Below the pieces are notes generated by a model that worked only from the letters and a program-made list of their open reading frames with translations, made no database searches and was not told the origin of the DNA. A stretch of 63,987 nucleotides of DNA, counting the filler, from Trichomonas gallinae (lineage: Eukaryota), in assembly GCA_008369845.1 (NCBI GenBank). It is 4 parts of 4 records of this genome, joined end to end, with 100 filler letters (N's around TTAATTAATTAA, not from the genome) between each part and the next. Parts side by side here need not be neighbours in the genome. Positions count along the whole stretch, not along the records: positions 41,389 to 62,747 come from MRSU01000488.1; 3 more parts are not named here. One strand, 5' to 3'. Within the stretch, counting starts at the first letter, position 1. Every line of letters starts with the position of its first letter. A program made the position numbers and the translations under genes. Shown here piece after piece: positions 44,672 through 55,571 of the stretch.

Positions 44672-44900
44672 AAATTCATTCTAACATTTCCTGGAATAGA
44701 TATTAACGCAACTAACAGATACAACGATACAGTTTTGATTTGTGCTTCAAGAAATGGTGAATATGAAATTTTTAAACTCCTTCTCACAGTTCCTGGAATA
44801 GATGTCAACGCAAAAAACAATACAAACAAAACAGCTTTGATTGCTGCTTCGTTAAAAGGTCCTCCTGAAATTGTCAAATTCCTCAAATGGTTCCAAGTAC
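44672..44900 (+). pseudogene. Ankyrin-repeat gene fragment of the same subfamily as 14373-15635
   Basis: ILTFPGIDINATNRYNDTVLICASRNGEYEIFKLLLTVPGIDVNAKNNTNKTALIAAS..EIVKFL gives about 2 repeats. Flanking parts of ORF 44597-44968 are not ankyrin-like. Confidence 0.7.
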
Positions 44901-45157
44901 TTAAATTTTTTAACTGGTTATTTCATCAAATAAATAAAATACGTAAAATTTGTTTTTTTAGATTGTAGTCATCATTTTTTCAATTAAAATATATTACATT
45001 TATGATTTTATGCTTTATCTTTTAAGATTTTATATTTCAAATTTCAATATTGAAGTTCATACTGTATAATTCAAAATATAAGTGCCATGGATAAATTAAA
45101 ACCTAAAAAACACATAAAAAACTAGTGTTTATTAATGTTTTGATGATTTCATAAAAA

Positions 45158-46459
45158 ATGTTTTCGCCGCAAAATCAAGTCCGAATCATTTCTAATTCGA
45201 CAACATTCTATCCTATCGATTCTAGAGGCGATGTTGGACTTACTCTTATCAACTCTATTGCTTTTCTGCAGGAAAACTTCAAAGAAGCAGTAGAATCTTT
45301 TACAGCTGAAGATCAAATCGTTGTTTTGCAAATGTGGAATGGCCTTCTATTCTCTATTACGTCACCAAAGATGTTTTCTGAAGAAATACTTCGATTTATG
45401 CTTCAGATCATAAAAGATACAGCGACATTTTTATTCGGACCTCATTTCGAGAATAATATGTCCAACAATATTTCGCAGACACTCAGGGAATTGTATGCCA
45501 AGTATCTAGAAAAATTTTTCTCATTAGCAAACAAAGATTATAAATATATTTTAATGATTCCGCCAATGGATTTCACATACTCGAAACTGACGAATGCTCT
45601 CAAAGAATACGTTAAGACAGACCTCACAAATATAAATGAAACCTTCATTGAAGGAATTATTTTTAGAAATCACACGATCATTTCAAGATTCTCACGCAAT
45701 GATAATCCAGTACTTGAATTATCCGATATTTTCCAGTTATGCTTACTAGAACAGGTTGTTTATCCAGATGATGTCGAAACAACAAATTTGAACTTGAACC
45801 ATCTCAAAATTCATCTTAAAAGCGAAGGACAAATACAATCATTCATTGTTTCTTCAGGGAAATGCGGATCTTGTGTTGTTATTATTATAAGCAATATAAA
45901 TCAAATTAAACAAGAAGATAAAGACCGTCTCTCTAAGATTGGCAACCAAGTCAATCAAATTGTTCTATCAACATTCGGCGAACAAGGAATTTTACCTGAA
46001 TCTTATCAAATTACAGGACTTCTTCATTATATTCTCATTAACAGAACAACAGGCGAAATATATGAAACTCAGCATCAGCTGAGGAACCAACAGGATCCAA
46101 AATGGGCTGTTTTGAAGGAACAATTAAAATATAAAATGTCAAGCATCGCAATGCAGGCTTTGATATCAGGCAGTCCATCCGTCATAAGAAATGAAATGAT
46201 TTTCCAATACACTTACGACTTGATTTTCGTTAATAAAAAGCAAAAAGAAGTTATTCCTAAAAACATGCAGCCAATCACTTTCAATGACAGAAGCGAGCTC
46301 TCATGGAAGCAAATCACGAGTGATTTCGTTTCCGAAGACAATGTTACATGTTATGAAATGTTGACTGTTTATCTTGGCGTTATGAACACTGCTGATGTTA
46401 TCAAGGCAAATGCTCATTTGTTTAAGACTATTACTGGCACTAAGAAACTCATCGAATGA
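45158..46459 (+). CDS. HPS1: HPS1-like (BLOC-3 subunit; Mon1/Fuzzy/HPS1 tri-longin family) protein
   Basis: C-terminal blocks ITGLLHYILINRTTGEIY, FQYTYDLIFVN and CYEMLTVYLGVMNTADVI resemble the HPS1 third-longin blocks as I recall them (PGLVHFIYVDRTTGQM, FYCSYFLWFEN, CYELLALHLSVIPTDLLV). N-terminal LQIIKDTATFLFGP is longin-1-like. Confidence 0.7.
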   Translation: MFSPQNQVRIISNSTTFYPIDSRGDVGLTLINSIAFLQENFKEAVESFTAEDQIVVLQMWNGLLFSITSPKMFSEEILRFMLQIIKDTATFLFGPHFENNMSNNISQTLRELYAKYLEKFFSLANKDYKYILMIPPMDFTYSKLTNALKEYVKTDLTNINETFIEGIIFRNHTIISRFSRNDNPVLELSDIFQLCLLEQVVYPDDVETTNLNLNHLKIHLKSEGQIQSFIVSSGKCGSCVVIIISNINQIKQEDKDRLSKIGNQVNQIVLSTFGEQGILPESYQITGLLHYILINRTTGEIYETQHQLRNQQDPKWAVLKEQLKYKMSSIAMQALISGSPSVIRNEMIFQYTYDLIFVNKKQKEVIPKNMQPITFNDRSELSWKQITSDFVSEDNVTCYEMLTVYLGVMNTADVIKANAHLFKTITGTKKLIE

Positions 46460-47665
46460 GAAAAAAATATCTTGTTTTTTAATTTTAATTAAAATCAAAC
46501 TCTCTTATAGATATCATTTAATTTTCTACATGCTAAATATCATTTAGGCATGAAATATTCCATAATTCTTAAGATTTCAAAATTTTTGTTGATATTATCA
46601 TAATTTTGACTCAAAATCAAGATGAACTCTTTCCTTATATATTCATGGTTATGAATTCGATATTAGTTCAATGTGGTTCATAACAGAGATTTTTTTTTGA
46701 TTCACAAAGATTTCTTAAATCGATATTGTTACCAAATGAAACATATATAGATGGTCCTACATATATCAAATCACACTACAAAACGTTGCTGAGCAACATA
46801 TTAAATTTAATCAATTATAAATTAACTGATATAACACTTGCGAATATCAATTCCAATACCATATGATAATTTTGGCTATTTTAATATTGATCATGTTCGC
46901 ATCTTGCTTCATTTAATCACAAATTATTGGAATTTTAATGAATAATATATTATTATGGGATGTTTGAACAAAATTTAGAACACATACAACTACATGAGTT
47001 TATGGACAAAAGATTATGCATCTTCGTTATTCGAATATTATTCAGCAAATTTCAAAAACGATTATAAATAATTTTTAATGACAGAAAAACCAAAATAAAC
47101 TCATGGAGAATAGAATAATGGTGTCTGCTCCATCAGTTTTCGAGCATTAAAAATTGATTTTTAATTTTAAGTCAATACGAAGAATTCCACTAATCATACA
47201 ACGACAATTCATTTGCGCAAAAAAAGAAAACAACCATAATAACATTATTACAAATTTCGTCATCAAAAAAATAAATCTCACAAAAATTGAAGAAGTGTAA
47301 AACACAACAATGATATATTTTAATAAAGATCATAATATATTTTATTTATATTTTTTATACAAATCTTTTTTTCTCTTAAAATTCTAAAACCAAAATCATC
47401 ATCCATAGTAAGAGAATATTATCATAATAAAAAATAAAAAGTTTTACAGATTCATGAAAATAGTTTTTTGGAGCTTGAAACTTTGGCATATAAATATTCT
47501 ATATAAGCATATTGTATAAATTAAATTTATTTAAAAATAAAAAAGATAATGATAAAAATAAAAAGTAGATACTATGTTGTATAATGATATGATAAAAAAT
47601 ATTTTTGAAAAAAAGTCCCGCCAAACTTTTTTTTTCAAAAAAAGGGGTCTTTGAAATCAGTAGGG

Positions 47666-50600
47666 ATGAAACACGGAACCAATGGTAATCTTGACGGTGA
47701 TTATATAGACACTTTGTCAGAATCCGAAGGTTCTGTATTTGGCAATGTCAGCTTCCCGTCCAATTTCCCTCCTCCGCCTGAAAATTTCTTCGATCCGATG
47801 AAACCTGTTAAACCGAAGCCTCGTTACGATATGCACGACTTTGATGCAGACAGGAATGGGATGAGACACCAAATACCGAAGAAGAATCAACATTACCCGC
47901 AATTTGAAAATAAAATTGAACACATATTCACGTCTAGGATCTCAGAAAATGGCTTGGAATATTTGATTCTTTTGCAAAATCAACCAGAACAATTCTCAAC
48001 TTGGATTCCTTCGGAAATCGCCAAGGAATTTCCCAATTTTCTATCAAAGCTAAAGAAATTTAATGAAACAGCGAATGTGAGATCCATATTTTCATTTACA
48101 AGCCCCAACATTAACACTTCTTATAAATCGATCCTCAAAATTTTGTGTCATCGACTTATTCCAACCAATACGACCCCTTCGCACGAGTTTTTATACATGT
48201 TAAATTCAGAAACAGGATCAAGCTTTTTCTGGGAGCCTTTCTCTGAAAATAGCCCGCAATTTTTAATACAACATTATTTACAAACGAGAATTTGCGTCGA
48301 AAACACTCACCCGCCACGCCCACCGAAAATAGTAATCACTGAGGATATCGCAAAGACATATGTCTCGAGTGAAGGTCAAACGTTAAGAAATTATCAGCTC
48401 GAAGGAGTCAACTGGATGCTTTCTTGTTTCTGTGCCAATCACGGATGCATCCTCGCCGATGAAATGGGCTTAGGCAAAACTATCCAAACGCTTGTTTATC
48501 TGAATCATTTAAATAAATATACCGATTTCCATGGGCCAAACCTCATTGCAGTCGGTACAAACACATTCGACCAATGGTGCTCGGAGCTGGAAAAGTGGAC
48601 AAACTTGAAATACGTCTCTTATACTGGATTACCAGAAGTTCGCGGTGTAATTCAAAAGTATCAGATGCCATTTTTCGATGATATGGGTATTAAACAGGAA
48701 GGAAAGTTCGGATTTAACGTACTTTTGGTCACTTATGACATCTTTTTGAAGGATATCGAATTTTTCTCAACAATAGAATGGCAAAACATCATTGTCGACG
48801 AAGGACACAGAATTAAAAACTGCGATGGAAAGAAACATAACGCTCTCCTGACCGTAAAAGCAATGAATAGAATTATTTTAACCGGCACGCCAATACAAAA
48901 CACAATGCTCGAACTTTGGACGCTCCTTCAGTTTGTATCACCAGAGTACTTCCCAGAAGGATCAGCATTTCCTACAGACGACGTTGAATCTTTAGATATC
49001 GAGATTTTATCTAACATTAAAAACATGATTGCTCCTCATCTTCTTCGTCGTTCTCTCAACGATGTTGAAACTTCCATGCTTCCGAAGGACGAACGCATTG
49101 CACTTTTACATTTAACTCGAACTCAAGAAGATTTAATCCGTTTAACACAGTTACACCAACTCGGCCGCATCAAGAATGGCGGCGAAATCGATTCTCTCCA
49201 AGAATCAAACACATTTCAGCGAATTTGCAATCATCCATTTTTAATTGAAGGCGTTGAAGACTATTTAATGATCAGAAACCCAGGTCGCAACAAGCTGGAA
49301 ATGTTAATCAACACCTCAGCCAAATTTATTTTCTTGGACAGAGTTTTGCCTTTCTTCAAGAAGCAAAACAGATCTGTCCTCATTTTCTCACAGAAAGTCA
49401 AAGTCCTTAAACTGCTCGAAGAGTACTGCCAGCTCAAGAGATACTCATACGAGATCTTGAACGGCAATTTAAGCGATCAAGAGAAGAAAGAAGCCATTTC
49501 AAAGTTCTGCGATAATTCGGGGGACGCATTCATATTCCTGATATCTACACGCAGCGGAGCTGAAGGCTTGAATTTGACAAGAGCGAACGTGACAATTGTT
49601 TTCGATCCAGACTGGAACCCGCAGAACGACATCCAAGCTCTAGGAAGATGCCACAGAATCGGGCAGACACAGAAAGTCGACGTCATCAGGTTGTTGACTT
49701 ACGGAACATATGAACACGAAATGTACGTCAGATCTCAACGCAAACTGAAGCTCTGGAATTCGATATTAGGTGACGGCAAGCAGCTGAATGAAGCATCAAG
49801 GCCTCCGCCTGTCTCTATATTAGATACAGCGCAGAAAACTCCTCAGAGACTTGAATCAATGATAAACTCTCTGCCGAGATTTGTCGGAATCAATTTCGAA
49901 GGTTACGGAACATTCATCAAAGCGAATGAAGACAACGAGAATGTCTCTGAGACGAACAACTCTATCTATCCTGTTCCACCAATGCTAGACGCAGCACCAT
50001 TCATTCCGATGCAGGACGAAACATTCGACTCTGTCATGGAGAGAAGCGCAACAATAACAAGGGACGTAAAATTCAGCGGAATAAATTCAAAGAATTTCCC
50101 TAAGATCGACATAACACACGGAATTGCAAACGATGTCTTTTTGAACCAGTTCCCGCCGCTTGACATGCAGAACTCTTCGATGAGAAAGCAGAAGACGAGG
50201 CCTAATACAGATCACGTTCCCATTGACGGCAAAATGGCAAAGAGAATTTTGAGACTGCTCAGATATTATGGATTCGGCGAGTGGATCAAAATACATCAAG
50301 CGATCGATGGATATTGTCCTATTGATCAGTTAATCAAATTCTCAGCTGGAGCAACATTACTGCATTTCAGAGCTTTGGAGCCACAAGATGTTATAACATT
50401 TCCGCTTTTGTTGCACACTTTGCTTCCTGCGATTGAGCCTCTGACATATACTGCCACTTTTTGCACGAACAAGGCTGAGTGGTTTAATATCTTTATCAGG
50501 AGATCAGTTCTCGCGCAAGAGTCGAAAGCATGCAAAGATATACACGACCACATTTTCTCGACAGCCTCGAGTTTCTTGATGAGTTTGGAGAACCACTTGA

Positions 50601-53600
50601 TCATCAAAGAATTCGTCAGGCTTCCAAACAACGACTTCCCATTCCGCAATTTGCCGCCGTTCCAGGGAAGGACTCTCGAAGAAGACCAGAGATTGGTGCA
50701 AGAACTCATATCAGGACATGATATTAACATCAAAGACAAGCCGAGAGTCATCCACATCCTTCACTTGATGAGGTCAACAATTTTGGCGAGAAGCACACAA
50801 ATCAACGCGTTCCAGACAACCTTCTGGCTGCCAGTTGAAGTCCGCCAAGTCGTCGACACACTCAAGAATTTCGGAACAACTGTTTTCACGGAGAATAGAT
50901 ACATAATGGAGAAGACTGGTCTCTTATCAAAGAGCATGGACAACACGGCAAACTTCATGAAGAGCTTGGTCAAGAAGTTCCACGAAAAACAGCGCGAAAA
51001 GAGCCCAATTCCTATAACAGAGGAAGAAGCACACGCATCTGACGCACCGCCTGATGTTTACCATGGCTTTATTATTGAAGCGAATGAAGTTATTTCAGTC
51101 CTCAAAAGAATTATGCTTGTTCAGAATATTTCTATGGTTTACAAAGAATTGGAGACTAAAAGTGATGTTGAGCTCAATGCTAAACTCACTGAAGACAACT
51201 GGATGACATTCAGAGATTGCAAGAAGTTCTTCGAGATGATTTTGAGTTACGGCTGCACATTCACGAAAGAAATTCTCCTCGAGCCAGGTTTCGTTGAACA
51301 TCTGACTCCGAAAGATGTTGCTATGCTGAAGAGCGGCGAATTAATACCACCGACACCAGACACTAACATTCCAACATTTATTTTGACAGATAATGCTTTT
51401 TATAACTTCTTGAGAACAATCAAAACAACACAAAGAACGGATGTTACAAAACCGCCAGCATCAGCATCGATTCCAAAGCCAGCAGTACCAGTTCAACAGC
51501 CTCCTCCGCAACAACAAATTCCAATACAACAGCCCCCACCGCCTCAGCCTGTCAAACAATCATCAAAGCAGTCAAAGCAGGCAACAAAACACAAGAAACA
51601 AGCACCGAAAGCTCCTAAGCAATCTCAGCAACAGCCAACTTCCAGCCAGATTACTCAGCAAATGTCTGCACAGCTGCAGCAGCAGATGACAGCACAAATG
51701 CAGCAACAGCAGTTCCAGAACATGATGCAGCAGATGTCGATGATGGGATATGATCAGAAGCCACATGATAAAAGTGAAGGCTCTTCTATGTTCGAAGGCA
51801 TTGACATGTCCAAAGTCCAGGAATTCTTGCCGAACCAGATGATGCAGAGCATGCAGTACACGATGCAACAGCAGCAACAGCCTCAGCAGGGAAGACAATC
51901 AAACATGCAGCAGCAGATGAATTCACAGATGAATACGCAGCAGCAATTGTACAACCAGATGCAGCAGCGTCAAAACTCAATGCAGATGCAGGGATGGCAG
52001 CAACCAACACAATCGCAGCAGCAAACGTCACAGCAGATGATGCCTCAAAACCAACAGCAACAGCAGCAATCTCAGACAATGATGACTCGTCAACAGCAGA
52101 ACCAGCAGAAGCAACAACAGTCTCAACAACCGCAGCAACAGCATACGAATCAGCAGAGCTGGCAGCAGCCTCCACAGCCGACACAAGTCAAGCGAGAGAA
52201 TTCATCAAAATCTCAGTCAAAGGAGCAGCAACAGATGCAACAGGCTTGGCAGCAGCAGATGCAACAAATGCAACAACAGTTCCAGCAGAACTGGCAGCAG
52301 CAGCCTCAGCAGCAACAGCAAACACAACAAGGAAAATCTCCGCAGCCAACTCCACCGATTCAACAGAACTCTCAGCAACAGCAACAGATGCAGCAGCAGA
52401 TGCAGAATTCTATGATGCAGCAGATGCCATCGCAGCAACTTCAAAACCAAATGCAGATGTATCAGCTTCAAAACCAGATGCAGAACTCAATGTTCGGTTC
52501 AATGCCACAGAACCAGATGCAGACGACAATGCAGAGCTTCCAGCAGCAAATGACTCCACAGTCAAACCAGCAACAGCAGCCATTCCAGCAGTCATCGCAA
52601 CAGCAGCCTCAGCAAAACCAGCAACAAATGCAGCAGCAGTTCCAGCAGCTCCAGATGCAGATGCAACAGCAATTGCAACAACAACAACAACAACAACAGC
52701 AGCAGCCAAAGAATTCTCAATCACAACAAACTCAGCAAAATTTGCAACAACAAATGCAGCAACAGCAGCAAAACTGGCAACAGCAGATGCAGAACTGGCA
52801 GATGAATCAGCAGAGAGGCTACCAACAACAACAAAACCAGATGAATTCACAGCAAATGAATTCGCAATCAATGAATTCACAAATGGGTCAACAAATGAAT
52901 CAACAACAAATGAATCAACAACAAATGGGCTCTCAACAAATGAATTCACAGATGAATTCTCAACAAATGAATTCACAGATGAACTCTCAGCAGATGAATT
53001 CGCAGATGCAAGTTCCATCGTGGCAGCAGCAACCGACACAACAAACTTCAAAGCAGCAACAGCAGATGAACCAGCCTGCAAAGTCTCCATCAGCTCCATC
53101 ACAGACAATGCAGCAGCAAAGGAACAGCCAGAAGACCCAGCAACAACCTTCTGCAAGTCAGAAACAGCCAAGTGGCGATAACAAGAGCCAGATGAACAAG
53201 CTTCAGATGCTCCAGAACACATTGAATCAACAACAGAACTACGGAACGACACAAAAATCCCAGCAGTTCAACCAGCAGCAGCTTGCGCAGATGTACATGC
53301 AACAGCCAAATGCAAATCAACCTTCGCAGCTTATCAAGAATTCTTCCTTCTCATCAACAGGTCCAGCAACACCAACTGCAGCACAAGCTAATGTTTTCGC
53401 GCAGCAGCAACAGCAGCAGTCTAAGAAAGCCCAGCAGCAGTATCCACCTCAGAGCCCGGCAACTCCTGCTCAGTCTCCTTATGCTCAGCAGCAAGGCCCA
53501 TTCTCACAACAGAACAAGCAGTTCTCTATGAACGGATACAACGCTGCTCAGTTCATGCAGCAGATGACGAATTACACACAACAGCAGCAACAAATGCAAA

Positions 53601-54145
53601 ACGCCTTCAACCAGATGCAAGGAAAAATGGCTCAACAACAACAGCAACAACAACCTAAAGTTAAGCAGGAAGAACAGAACTTCTTTGATCCAACAAAGAA
53701 CGACTGGATGCAACAGATGCAGATGGAATATCAGATGAACTACCAGGCAATGCTTCAACAGCAGCAACAGCAAGCTCAGCCAACTAAAACAAAGAGTGAA
53801 GCTGAGAAACAGTCAAAGAAGAAGGCTGGTAGACCTAAACAGCCAACTGGTAGTGCTTCGAAGTCCAAGCAAAATGTAATGAACCAAGTTAATCAACAGC
53901 AAGTTGTTCCGACACCTTCACCATCTGCAGCACAAACAAGAGGACAAATGGACTTCCAGCAGCAACAACAGCAACAGTTCTATGATATGCAAAAGCAACA
54001 GCAGCAGTACAACTTCATGCAGATGCAGCCAATGCAACAGCAACAACAAATGTACATGGAGCAGCCACAAGATCTCGGAGGAATTTCGAACGATTTCGAT
54101 ACTGACACAATACCTGGTGATGATGATATGTATTTCATGGATTAA
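47666..54145 (+). CDS. CHD: CHD-type SNF2 chromatin-remodelling ATPase with N-terminal chromodomain-like region and a very long Q-rich C-terminus
   Basis: KIEHIF...EYLI..STW (chromo-like), LRNYQLEGVNWM, ILADEMGLGKT, IIVDEGHRIKN, LTGTPIQN, VLIFSQ, FLISTRSGAEGLNL, DWNPQNDIQALGRCHRIGQ, LRYYGFGEW (SANT-like). First ATG at 47666. Confidence 0.95.
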   Translation: MKHGTNGNLDGDYIDTLSESEGSVFGNVSFPSNFPPPPENFFDPMKPVKPKPRYDMHDFDADRNGMRHQIPKKNQHYPQFENKIEHIFTSRISENGLEYLILLQNQPEQFSTWIPSEIAKEFPNFLSKLKKFNETANVRSIFSFTSPNINTSYKSILKILCHRLIPTNTTPSHEFLYMLNSETGSSFFWEPFSENSPQFLIQHYLQTRICVENTHPPRPPKIVITEDIAKTYVSSEGQTLRNYQLEGVNWMLSCFCANHGCILADEMGLGKTIQTLVYLNHLNKYTDFHGPNLIAVGTNTFDQWCSELEKWTNLKYVSYTGLPEVRGVIQKYQMPFFDDMGIKQEGKFGFNVLLVTYDIFLKDIEFFSTIEWQNIIVDEGHRIKNCDGKKHNALLTVKAMNRIILTGTPIQNTMLELWTLLQFVSPEYFPEGSAFPTDDVESLDIEILSNIKNMIAPHLLRRSLNDVETSMLPKDERIALLHLTRTQEDLIRLTQLHQLGRIKNGGEIDSLQESNTFQRICNHPFLIEGVEDYLMIRNPGRNKLEMLINTSAKFIFLDRVLPFFKKQNRSVLIFSQKVKVLKLLEEYCQLKRYSYEILNGNLSDQEKKEAISKFCDNSGDAFIFLISTRSGAEGLNLTRANVTIVFDPDWNPQNDIQALGRCHRIGQTQKVDVIRLLTYGTYEHEMYVRSQRKLKLWNSILGDGKQLNEASRPPPVSILDTAQKTPQRLESMINSLPRFVGINFEGYGTFIKANEDNENVSETNNSIYPVPPMLDAAPFIPMQDETFDSVMERSATITRDVKFSGINSKNFPKIDITHGIANDVFLNQFPPLDMQNSSMRKQKTRPNTDHVPIDGKMAKRILRLLRYYGFGEWIKIHQAIDGYCPIDQLIKFSAGATLLHFRALEPQDVITFPLLLHTLLPAIEPLTYTATFCTNKAEWFNIFIRRSVLAQESKACKDIHDHIFSTASSFLMSLENHLIIKEFVRLPNNDFPFRNLPPFQGRTLEEDQRLVQELISGHDINIKDKPRVIHILHLMRSTILARSTQINAFQTTFWLPVEVRQVVDTLKNFGTTVFTENRYIMEKTGLLSKSMDNTANFMKSLVKKFHEKQREKSPIPITEEEAHASDAPPDVYHGFIIEANEVISVLKRIMLVQNISMVYKELETKSDVELNAKLTEDNWMTFRDCKKFFEMILSYGCTFTKEILLEPGFVEHLTPKDVAMLKSGELIPPTPDTNIPTFILTDNAFYNFLRTIKTTQRTDVTKPPASASIPKPAVPVQQPPPQQQIPIQQPPPPQPVKQSSKQSKQATKHKKQAPKAPKQSQQQPTSSQITQQMSAQLQQQMTAQMQQQQFQNMMQQMSMMGYDQKPHDKSEGSSMFEGIDMSKVQEFLPNQMMQSMQYTMQQQQQPQQGRQSNMQQQMNSQMNTQQQLYNQMQQRQNSMQMQGWQQPTQSQQQTSQQMMPQNQQQQQQSQTMMTRQQQNQQKQQQSQQPQQQHTNQQSWQQPPQPTQVKRENSSKSQSKEQQQMQQAWQQQMQQMQQQFQQNWQQQPQQQQQTQQGKSPQPTPPIQQNSQQQQQMQQQMQNSMMQQMPSQQLQNQMQMYQLQNQMQNSMFGSMPQNQMQTTMQSFQQQMTPQSNQQQQPFQQSSQQQPQQNQQQMQQQFQQLQMQMQQQLQQQQQQQQQQPKNSQSQQTQQNLQQQMQQQQQNWQQQMQNWQMNQQRGYQQQQNQMNSQQMNSQSMNSQMGQQMNQQQMNQQQMGSQQMNSQMNSQQMNSQMNSQQMNSQMQVPSWQQQPTQQTSKQQQQMNQPAKSPSAPSQTMQQQRNSQKTQQQPSASQKQPSGDNKSQMNKLQMLQNTLNQQQNYGTTQKSQQFNQQQLAQMYMQQPNANQPSQLIKNSSFSSTGPATPTAAQANVFAQQQQQQSKKAQQQYPPQSPATPAQSPYAQQQGPFSQQNKQFSMNGYNAAQFMQQMTNYTQQQQQMQNAFNQMQGKMAQQQQQQQPKVKQEEQNFFDPTKNDWMQQMQMEYQMNYQAMLQQQQQQAQPTKTKSEAEKQSKKKAGRPKQPTGSASKSKQNVMNQVNQQQVVPTPSPSAAQTRGQMDFQQQQQQQFYDMQKQQQQYNFMQMQPMQQQQQMYMEQPQDLGGISNDFDTDTIPGDDDMYFMD

Positions 54146-54614
54146 TCTTATATATGTAATAAAATGTTTGTTATTATTTAAAATGTTCAATTTATATAGA
54201 TATTCTATACCGATATAAATTTTTTTTATTATAATGCAAAATTATTTTGATAATAAGAATTTATTTGCTGTGATTAGTACTATTTTGCATTTATTTTTTT
54301 TAAAAAATATTTTTGGCCGTTTAAAAATTTCGATCTCCTAATTAATTTGTCCACACCCTATATAAAATTATAATTTTTCTAAACTAAGCTATATAGTTAA
54401 ATAATCCAATACTCATTGATATTCTAAAACACTTATCAATTTTTGGACCTATATATTTTATTTAGATGCAATATGAATGAATTTTTAGGGATTATATGAT
54501 TATTTAACCAAAAAATCTATTGATAATTGGTATTATTTTCCAATTAATTATGATGCATTAAGTGATTATATCTTTATGCTTGAAATTCTATAACAGTTTA
54601 TTAACAAATATAGT

Positions 54615-55571
54615 CTAATTATAATTATTACAAAAATATATTCTTCCTCCATTCTTCGTGATAAAGTATTCGACTTCTGGATGAAAAGATTTGGTGTATT
54701 GGATCTTATACCATAAATTGGGATCCATATCATGAACAGGATGAAGAGCAATCGATTTATTGATAGGAACAGTTTTAATGCCAAAATAGTTATATAATTT
54801 GCACGGAATCATAAGTTTTGGAAAGTAATTTGCTAAAATTGGATAAAATACTAAACCACTTCCAAACATTCTATCAGATGAGGCAGTAATAACTTTCTTG
54901 CCAATAGAATGGAAGAAATATTCTATTTGGCAGTCATCACACAAAGAAACGTTTTTAATCCAGTCTTCACCTTTTTCTACAAATATTTCAGCGGCTTTTC
55001 TGCTAAATATCATTCCAGAACCACCTTGTAGATACTCATACCCGATCCTTTTCATATATTGACCTGAAATTACAAAATCTTTCTTTGGATCATAAATTTG
55101 TAAAAGCTCAGTGATATAGTTATCAAGAGCAGATATATCAACATATACATCGTCTGTCAATGACCAGTACCAGTCATATTCTAAATGTTTAATCATGTAT
55201 TGAGCTCCAGTAACTCTTTTGGATGATCTATCTCTATCTGCTGGTAATACTTTTGCTTTTTTAGGTAGATTAAGAAGTGTTTTATTGATGTTTAAGTAAT
55301 ATTCTGGAAAATCTGATTGTGTTTGTTCAATGAACATCGCTTTATGGAATCCTTCTTGATTCATTCTATACATCCATTCAGTCCATGGTATATTCCTGCG
55401 TTTTGAGTTTGGAACTGTGATGACACCAAGAAATACACGACCATTTATATTATCTCTATTGGAAAAGGATGTTAGAACAACTGGATCTAGTACAATGTTG
55501 TAGAATGACATAGACACAGCTATTATAAACATTATATTAATAGTATTTAGGTTAATCTTGTCTATTATCAT
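54615..55571 (-). CDS. GT31/Fringe-like galactosyltransferase, type II membrane protein
   Basis: N-terminal hydrophobic anchor, YDWYWSLTDDVYVD (DxD-like), YLQGGSGMIFSRKAA, DD motif and IALHP. Confidence 0.8.
   Translation of the reverse strand: MIIDKINLNTINIMFIIAVSMSFYNIVLDPVVLTSFSNRDNINGRVFLGVITVPNSKRRNIPWTEWMYRMNQEGFHKAMFIEQTQSDFPEYYLNINKTLLNLPKKAKVLPADRDRSSKRVTGAQYMIKHLEYDWYWSLTDDVYVDISALDNYITELLQIYDPKKDFVISGQYMKRIGYEYLQGGSGMIFSRKAAEIFVEKGEDWIKNVSLCDDCQIEYFFHSIGKKVITASSDRMFGSGLVFYPILANYFPKLMIPCKLYNYFGIKTVPINKSIALHPVHDMDPNLWYKIQYTKSFHPEVEYFITKNGGRIYFCNNYN

Noticed and set aside
44597..44968. 123 aa ORF as a real gene
   Set aside because: Chimeric: only the middle is ankyrin; the start lies within a hairpin island and the end is AT-rich run-off.
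32999..46459. BEACH plus HPS1 as a lysosome-related-organelle gene cluster
   Set aside because: Separated by an artificial spacer, and BEACH genes are numerous in trichomonads, so proximity is uninformative.
51572..54190. 395 aa Ala/Thr-rich alternate-frame ORF and antisense poly-Leu/Ala ORFs in the CHD gene
   Set aside because: CAG/CAA runs read as GCA/ACA or CTG/TTG in other frames; no independent coding signal.
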